NCBI GenBank assembly: GCA_002104945.1
Contig: MCFH01000087.1
Coordinates: 62,001 to 126,000 of the forward strand
DNA from: Piromyces finnis finn
Lineage: Eukaryota; Fungi; Neocallimastigomycota
Direction: 5' to 3'
DNA: 64,000 nucleotides
In this document: positions 57,165-64,000 of the stretch, piece after piece
Layout: each line of letters opens with the position of its first letter
Position numbering within the stretch: position 1 is the stretch's first letter
Made by a program: the position numbers and the translations under genes
Notes under the pieces: generated by a model
What the model was told of the DNA's origin: nothing
The model's database searches: none
Seen by the model: only the letters and a program-made list of their open reading frames with translations

Positions 57165-59624
57165 GAATACCACGGATAAAGAACTATAATTTTCATATTA
57201 CCAAATCAAATCAAAGCTTTATGCCTTTTTCATACCATACACCTAAAAAACGTTCAACCTTCAATCAAATACATAACATTTTAAAAGGAAATTATCATCT
57301 TTTTAACAACAATACAATTTAAATGAAAAAGGAGTGAAAAAAAAAGAATAACAACCATTTTCTTTAACAACCACAAATCTTTCAATAATAAATAACCTTT
57401 TATAAATCCCTTAATAATAAGAGGATATTTATTTTTATTTTACAAATTTATTATAATTTTTATTAAACCAATTAAAATTAAGATTTACATTAATTTATAT
57501 TTAGGTTTTTTCTTTTTAATTTATGTAGAAATTATTTTATTATTTTCTATAATTTATTAAGTTCTATTTTCTTATCCTATTATTACTATTACATTTTTTT
57601 TATTTTAATTTTCTTATTTATTATTATCCTCATACAATGAGGACTTTCAATTAAAAAAAAAAAACTTTCAATTAAGGATTGTCGCTTATTATTAGAATAT
57701 TAACAATAATAAACTTTTTCTTTTACTATTTCATTCAATAGTGCGTTTAAGCCTTACCAGCCATCTTGGCATCCATTTCTTCAAGAGTAAGACCCTTACA
57801 TTCAATAACGTAGAATTGAGAGTAAATCCAAGCGAGGAAACTGGCAGCAGCAAAAAGAATGAAAGTGTTAGTAGACCATTTCTTCATGAGGAATGGACCA
57901 ACAAAACCAATAATCCAATTGTTTAAGAAGTTAGAGACAGTACCAACAGCAGAACCCTTAACTCTGACACGAAGTGGGAAAACTTCAGCTTGGTAAACCC
58001 ATGGAACTGGACCCCAAGTCCAAGCGAATGAGAATACGAATAAGAAAACGGAAGCAACAGCAGCGTATTGCCATCCCTTGATTGGTTGTTCAATGAACTT
58101 ACCATTAGCATCCTTCTTACCACCAGTTAACTTAGAGCAAGCCCAAGTAGAAAGATGGAAGACCATCATCATAAGAGAACCAATAACTAAAAGAGTCTTA
58201 CGACCTAATCTTTCAATACCCCACATACCTGGGAAGGTGGAAACAAAGTTAACGAGGTTGTTGACGTTTGGTAAAACAACAGTAGACATAACCTTGTTGA
58301 AACCCATTTCAGAGTAAATTTGACTTTGGTAGTACATAATAACGTTAATACCAGTCCATTGTTGGAAAAGTTGCATTAAGAAAGTAATGAAAGTACGACG
58401 ACGAATGACGGAACTGAAAAGTTCACCGAATGAAGAGGAACCAGCAGCACGAGTAGCAGCAACATCTTCTTGAATAGCCTTAAGTTCTTCTTGAACAACA
58501 GCATCAGAAGTAGAGGCGGCATTAAGCTTAGCAAGAATTTCAACAGCTTCTTCATCACGATCCTTAGAACATAACCATCTTGGGGACTTTGGAACGAAGC
58601 ACATAAGAGTAGCAAGACCAAGACCTGGAACAACTTGTAATAAAAGAGCTAATCTCCATTCAAGGTTAGAGATTTCTTCATCACCCTTTCTAGTGAAAGA
58701 AAGTAAACCTTCTGGCTTACGGTTAGTCTTGTACCAGATAAGAGCATTGATAAGAGAAGCAACAATAATACCAAAAGTAGTCATAAGTTGATAACAAGAA
58801 GAAAGAGTACCTCTAAGGTTAGATGGAGCAACTTCTGAAATGTAGGTTGGGCAAAGTACACCATTACAACCAATAGAAAGACCAGTGATAAGACGACCAA
58901 TGGCAATCATAACAGAGGAACGGATAGAAGAACCTTGAATAATAGCACCACAGGTGAAGATACAAGCACCAACCATAATGGTTCTTTGACGACCAAACTT
59001 TTCACCAAGGTAAGTAGCCATAAGAGCACCACAAAGAGCACCAAGAACGAAACTAGAAGTAATAACACCTTCAAGGAAAGCCTTATTACCTTTTTCTTCT
59101 AAATCACGGTACATAGCCTTTGAGGCATCATCAGTAGATTCACCAACTTCATCAATAGCTTTTCCCTTCCATTCGTGGAATCTGAAGAAAATACGGAATG
59201 AGTCCATAACAAGAACAACATTCATAACACCAACTTCATAACCAAAAAGAAGACCACCAAGTGAGGCGGTAACAGCGACTAAAAATTGAAAGCTGTTCAT
59301 TTTTTTTTAAAAAAAAAATTAAACTTAAATTAAACTTAAATTAATATTATTATTAAATAATAATGATTTTTTTTTAAAAGAAAATTTATTTCTTTTATAC
59401 AAAATTTCAATATAAAGATAAAATCATAATATTTAATTATAATTATATATAATTAATTGTATTTGTATATAAATTATTTTTAAATTAATAATTATTTTCA
59501 ATTTATTTTAATATGTTATGATTATTGCTTTATTATATTTATTATATTTATGAATATTAAAATTTAATTTTAATTCTTTCGAGAATTAAAATTAAATATT
59601 AAAATAAATTATAATATAATATTT
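57055..59624. repeat. Left arm of a 2.57-kb inverted duplication
   Basis: Reverse complement of 60371-62939. Only an A12/T11 homopolymer indel and one substitution at the outer edge were seen. Confidence 0.93.
57747..59300 (-). CDS. MFS sugar porter (hexose-transporter-like), intronless, copy 1
   Basis: GGLLFGYE, EKFGRQR, GRLITGLSIG, YISEVAP..LRG, PKSPRWL, QQWTGIN..MYY, ERLGRK, WGPVPW..QAEVFP. Confidence 0.93.
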   Translation of the reverse strand: MNSFQFLVAVTASLGGLLFGYEVGVMNVVLVMDSFRIFFRFHEWKGKAIDEVGESTDDASKAMYRDLEEKGNKAFLEGVITSSFVLGALCGALMATYLGEKFGRQRTIMVGACIFTCGAIIQGSSIRSSVMIAIGRLITGLSIGCNGVLCPTYISEVAPSNLRGTLSSCYQLMTTFGIIVASLINALIWYKTNRKPEGLLSFTRKGDEEISNLEWRLALLLQVVPGLGLATLMCFVPKSPRWLCSKDRDEEAVEILAKLNAASTSDAVVQEELKAIQEDVAATRAAGSSSFGELFSSVIRRRTFITFLMQLFQQWTGINVIMYYQSQIYSEMGFNKVMSTVVLPNVNNLVNFVSTFPGMWGIERLGRKTLLVIGSLMMMVFHLSTWACSKLTGGKKDANGKFIEQPIKGWQYAAVASVFLFVFSFAWTWGPVPWVYQAEVFPLRVRVKGSAVGTVSNFLNNWIIGFVGPFLMKKWSTNTFILFAAASFLAWIYSQFYVIECKGLTLEEMDAKMAGKA

Positions 59625-60106
59625 TATAAATAGAAATTTTTATAATTAATTAAAATAAATTATTTAAATTTATTATTAACCTTTTTTATTTAAACAATTG
59701 AGATGTAAATTTATTGGTTATTACAATATTAAATATATATTAAAATATTTTCTTTTAATATATATTTAATAATTTAGTGTTTCATTTTAAGAGGATATTT
59801 ATTATTTAATAAAAAACTTTATTCAAATTTTAAATTTTGTAAAATATTATAATTTCTTTTATAATTTAAAAAATGTTAAATTATTATTAGTAAATAATAA
59901 AAATATATTTAATCTTAAAAAAATTAAAAATTCATAAATTTTATGTGTTATTTAAAAAATATTATTTTTATCAATTTATTAAAAATATTTAAAATAAAAG
60001 TTAAATTTATATAATTCCTAATAATTACTAAACTTTAAATATTATAAATTAAAAAATTTTAATAAAAATATAAATTATTATTTTATTAAGTTTATCTTAT
60101 GATTTT

Positions 60107-60321
60107 TATAATATAATATAATATAATATAATATAATATAATATAATATAATATAATATAATATAATATAATATAATATAATATAATATAATATAATATA
60201 ATATAATATAATATAATATAATATAATATAATATAATATAATATAATATAATATAATATAATATAATATAATATAATATAATATAATATAATATAATATA
60301 ATATAATATAATATAATATAA
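60107..60321. repeat. Pentanucleotide microsatellite (TATAA)43
   Basis: Perfect 215-bp array. Confidence 0.97.
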
Positions 60322-60370
60322 ATTTTGTGTACATTTTTGAAACAAATGTAAAGTTTATTATATAAAAGTT

Positions 60371-62939
60371 AAATATTATATTATAATTTATTTTAATATT
60401 TAATTTTAATTCTCGAAAGAATTAAAATTAAATTTTAATATTCATAAATATAATAAATATAATAAAGCAATAATCATAACATATTAAAATAAATTGAAAA
60501 TAATTATTAATTTAAAAATAATTTATATACAAATACAATTAATTATATATAATTATAATTAAATATTATGATTTTATCTTTATATTGAAATTTTGTATAA
60601 AAGAAATAAATTTTCTTTTAAAAAAAAATCATTATTATTTAATAATAATATTAATTTAAGTTTAATTTAAGTTTAATTTTTTTTTTAAAAAAAAATGAAC
60701 AGCTTTCAATTTTTAGTCGCTGTTACCGCCTCACTTGGTGGTCTTCTTTTTGGTTATGAAGTTGGTGTTATGAATGTTGTTCTTGTTATGGACTCATTCC
60801 GTATTTTCTTCAGATTCCACGAATGGAAGGGAAAAGCTATTGATGAAGTTGGTGAATCTACTGATGATGCCTCAAAGGCTATGTACCGTGATTTAGAAGA
60901 AAAAGGTAATAAGGCTTTCCTTGAAGGTGTTATTACTTCTAGTTTCGTTCTTGGTGCTCTTTGTGGTGCTCTTATGGCTACTTACCTTGGTGAAAAGTTT
61001 GGTCGTCAAAGAACCATTATGGTTGGTGCTTGTATCTTCACCTGTGGTGCTATTATTCAAGGTTCTTCTATCCGTTCCTCTGTTATGATTGCCATTGGTC
61101 GTCTTATCACTGGTCTTTCTATTGGTTGTAATGGTGTACTTTGCCCAACCTACATTTCAGAAGTTGCTCCATCTAACCTTAGAGGTACTCTTTCTTCTTG
61201 TTATCAACTTATGACTACTTTTGGTATTATTGTTGCTTCTCTTATCAATGCTCTTATCTGGTACAAGACTAACCGTAAGCCAGAAGGTTTACTTTCTTTC
61301 ACTAGAAAGGGTGATGAAGAAATCTCTAACCTTGAATGGAGATTAGCTCTTTTATTACAAGTTGTTCCAGGTCTTGGTCTTGCTACTCTTATGTGCTTCG
61401 TTCCAAAGTCCCCAAGATGGTTATGTTCTAAGGATCGTGATGAAGAAGCTGTTGAAATTCTTGCTAAGCTTAATGCCGCCTCTACTTCTGATGCTGTTGT
61501 TCAAGAAGAACTTAAGGCTATTCAAGAAGATGTTGCTGCTACTCGTGCTGCTGGTTCCTCTTCATTCGGTGAACTTTTCAGTTCCGTCATTCGTCGTCGT
61601 ACTTTCATTACTTTCTTAATGCAACTTTTCCAACAATGGACTGGTATTAACGTTATTATGTACTACCAAAGTCAAATTTACTCTGAAATGGGTTTCAACA
61701 AGGTTATGTCTACTGTTGTTTTACCAAACGTCAACAACCTCGTTAACTTTGTTTCCACCTTCCCAGGTATGTGGGGTATTGAAAGATTAGGTCGTAAGAC
61801 TCTTTTAGTTATTGGTTCTCTTATGATGATGGTCTTCCATCTTTCTACTTGGGCTTGCTCTAAGTTAACTGGTGGTAAGAAGGATGCTAATGGTAAGTTC
61901 ATTGAACAACCAATCAAGGGATGGCAATACGCTGCTGTTGCTTCCGTTTTCTTATTCGTATTCTCATTCGCTTGGACTTGGGGTCCAGTTCCATGGGTTT
62001 ACCAAGCTGAAGTTTTCCCACTTCGTGTCAGAGTTAAGGGTTCTGCTGTTGGTACTGTCTCTAACTTCTTAAACAATTGGATTATTGGTTTTGTTGGTCC
62101 ATTCCTCATGAAGAAATGGTCTACTAACACTTTCATTCTTTTTGCTGCTGCCAGTTTCCTCGCTTGGATTTACTCTCAATTCTACGTTATTGAATGTAAG
62201 GGTCTTACTCTTGAAGAAATGGATGCCAAGATGGCTGGTAAGGCTTAAACGCACTATTGAATGAAATAGTAAAAGAAAAAGTTTATTATTGTTAATATTC
62301 TAATAATAAGCGACAATCCTTAATTGAAAGTTTTTTTTTTTAATTGAAAGTCCTCATTGTATGAGGATAATAATAAATAAGAAAATTAAAATAAAAAAAA
62401 TGTAATAGTAATAATAGGATAAGAAAATAGAACTTAATAAATTATAGAAAATAATAAAATAATTTCTACATAAATTAAAAAGAAAAAACCTAAATATAAA
62501 TTAATGTAAATCTTAATTTTAATTGGTTTAATAAAAATTATAATAAATTTGTAAAATAAAAATAAATATCCTCTTATTATTAAGGGATTTATAAAAGGTT
62601 ATTTATTATTGAAAGATTTGTGGTTGTTAAAGAAAATGGTTGTTATTCTTTTTTTTTCACTCCTTTTTCATTTAAATTGTATTGTTGTTAAAAAGATGAT
62701 AATTTCCTTTTAAAATGTTATGTATTTGATTGAAGGTTGAACGTTTTTTAGGTGTATGGTATGAAAAAGGCATAAAGCTTTGATTTGATTTGGTAATATG
62801 AAAATTATAGTTCTTTATCCGTGGTATTCGTGCCTTCATTTATTTAATAAATGTAGTTTCTCAAGGGGGTCTACTCATGCTCATGGTACTGAGAGAGTAG
62901 AAAGAATTAAATCCAAGTATTGCGCAATGGATACTTGGT
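60371..62939. repeat. Right arm of the 2.57-kb inverted duplication
   Basis: Mirror coordinates sum to 119995 at the inner end and 119994 at the outer end. Confidence 0.93.
60695..62248 (+). CDS. MFS sugar porter, intronless, copy 2 (protein identical to copy 1)
   Basis: Identical 517-aa translation. Confidence 0.93.
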   Translation: MNSFQFLVAVTASLGGLLFGYEVGVMNVVLVMDSFRIFFRFHEWKGKAIDEVGESTDDASKAMYRDLEEKGNKAFLEGVITSSFVLGALCGALMATYLGEKFGRQRTIMVGACIFTCGAIIQGSSIRSSVMIAIGRLITGLSIGCNGVLCPTYISEVAPSNLRGTLSSCYQLMTTFGIIVASLINALIWYKTNRKPEGLLSFTRKGDEEISNLEWRLALLLQVVPGLGLATLMCFVPKSPRWLCSKDRDEEAVEILAKLNAASTSDAVVQEELKAIQEDVAATRAAGSSSFGELFSSVIRRRTFITFLMQLFQQWTGINVIMYYQSQIYSEMGFNKVMSTVVLPNVNNLVNFVSTFPGMWGIERLGRKTLLVIGSLMMMVFHLSTWACSKLTGGKKDANGKFIEQPIKGWQYAAVASVFLFVFSFAWTWGPVPWVYQAEVFPLRVRVKGSAVGTVSNFLNNWIIGFVGPFLMKKWSTNTFILFAAASFLAWIYSQFYVIECKGLTLEEMDAKMAGKA

Positions 62940-64000
62940 TAGTCTTTATTTGGAAATATTATTAGGACTAAGCTCATGGTACTGAGCGAACAGAGTTGAT
63001 AATTTGAGTGTTAGTTGTTATATCATATATCCCTTACACCTTCAACTTATTTTTTAGATAGTAGTTGCTTTAACAACTTTTATAACATATTATTTTAAAC
63101 TTAAAATTGTTTGATTCGGTAGTATTAAATACTGATTTTGAATATTTCTTGATTTCATTTTTATTTTAGCTTTCATCGATAATTTGTTATCCCAGTTTAC
63201 TACTTATTCTCTTTGTTCTTTTATTCCTTTTTTATTCTTTATATGTTGATTAGTCAGATAGTTTTGTTTTTTCAGTTAGTTGGTTATTCCTTTCATTTAT
63301 TCTTGAGTTTCGTGTGGGGTGCAGCTTTCATTACTATAATCATATTTAATCTTTTATTTTTTCTATTTTTATTATTTACGAGGGGCGCGGCTTTTTTTTA
63401 TTTTTCCTTTATGATTTTATATGATTCTAGTAATATCTTTTTTTATTTCTTATTTTTTTGTAACTCTAGATTTTCCAAGGAATCTCTTTTCTACTAACAT
63501 TCTTTTGTATACTTTTTCTATCTCTTTTCTATATATATATATTTCTTATACTTTATATTATATGTATATTTATATATCTGTATAACTTAATTAGGTTTAT
63601 TATGGACTATTATGGTAAGTATTAACACCTTTTTTTCTTTAACATTTCTATTATCAAAGCTTCTATCCTGGAAAATCGAGTATTCTATTTTTATATTGTA
63701 AATACTACTCTTGTTTCAATTTTATCTTTAAAAAAAAAAAAAAAAAAAAAATTTTATTATGTTTACCCAAAATTCTTCAACTTTTTTCCATTATTTTTGT
63801 TATAACAACTTTTCACTCTTATTATCTCTCTACCTTACAACATAAACAACCTATATGAATGTTCAATTTCAACAATCAGAATCAACACAATACAATAATC
63901 ATCCAATAAATTATACAATTCTTATTAATATAAAGAGCTTTCAAAATACAGTTATAATACAGAAATCCAAAGTGATAGATATTCAAAATTTATCTTCCCG
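62760..64000 (-). repeat. Hairpin-rich repeat and upstream block, inverted homologue of 44906-46134; runs off the window
   Basis: Co-linear reverse-complement similarity. Confidence 0.85.

Noticed and set aside
60092-60345. ORFs encoding (YYIIL)n
   Set aside because: Translations of the pentanucleotide microsatellite.
57741-62254. Small ORFs overlapping the transporter genes on other frames or strands
   Set aside because: By-products of the codon-biased transporter ORF, duplicated only because the arm is duplicated.

Overview
Very AT-rich eukaryotic DNA with short AT-rich spliceosomal introns and Asn-rich proteins. It most resembles an anaerobic gut fungus (Neocallimastigomycota); this is an inference from composition only. 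1-37.3 kb is a pile-up of Ty3/Gypsy LTR retrotransposons from two lineages. Lineage 1 is tRNA-primed with TGATA...TATCA ends and 4-bp TSDs: element A (Gag plus protease only), intact element B nested inside A, element C (5' LTR missing) and the PBS/LTR of element D. A, B and C each carry a -1 slippery heptamer followed by a 7-bp stem with an 8-nt loop at the gag stop. Lineage 2 is two intact chromoviruses (E, F) whose primer-binding sites pair with their own LTR, as in Tf1 self-priming. 38.5-43.1 kb is a multi-exon VPS53 gene. 43.6-44.7 kb is a three-part retroelement mosaic. 46.1-56.6 kb is two head-to-tail poly(A) LINEs that share the same +1 frameshift between endonuclease and RT despite many synonymous differences. 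57-63 kb is a near-perfect 2.57-kb inverted duplication of an intronless sugar-porter gene around a (TATAA)43 spacer, embedded in older diverged arms that carry a hairpin-rich repeat. All coordinates were read by eye and may be off by a few bases.
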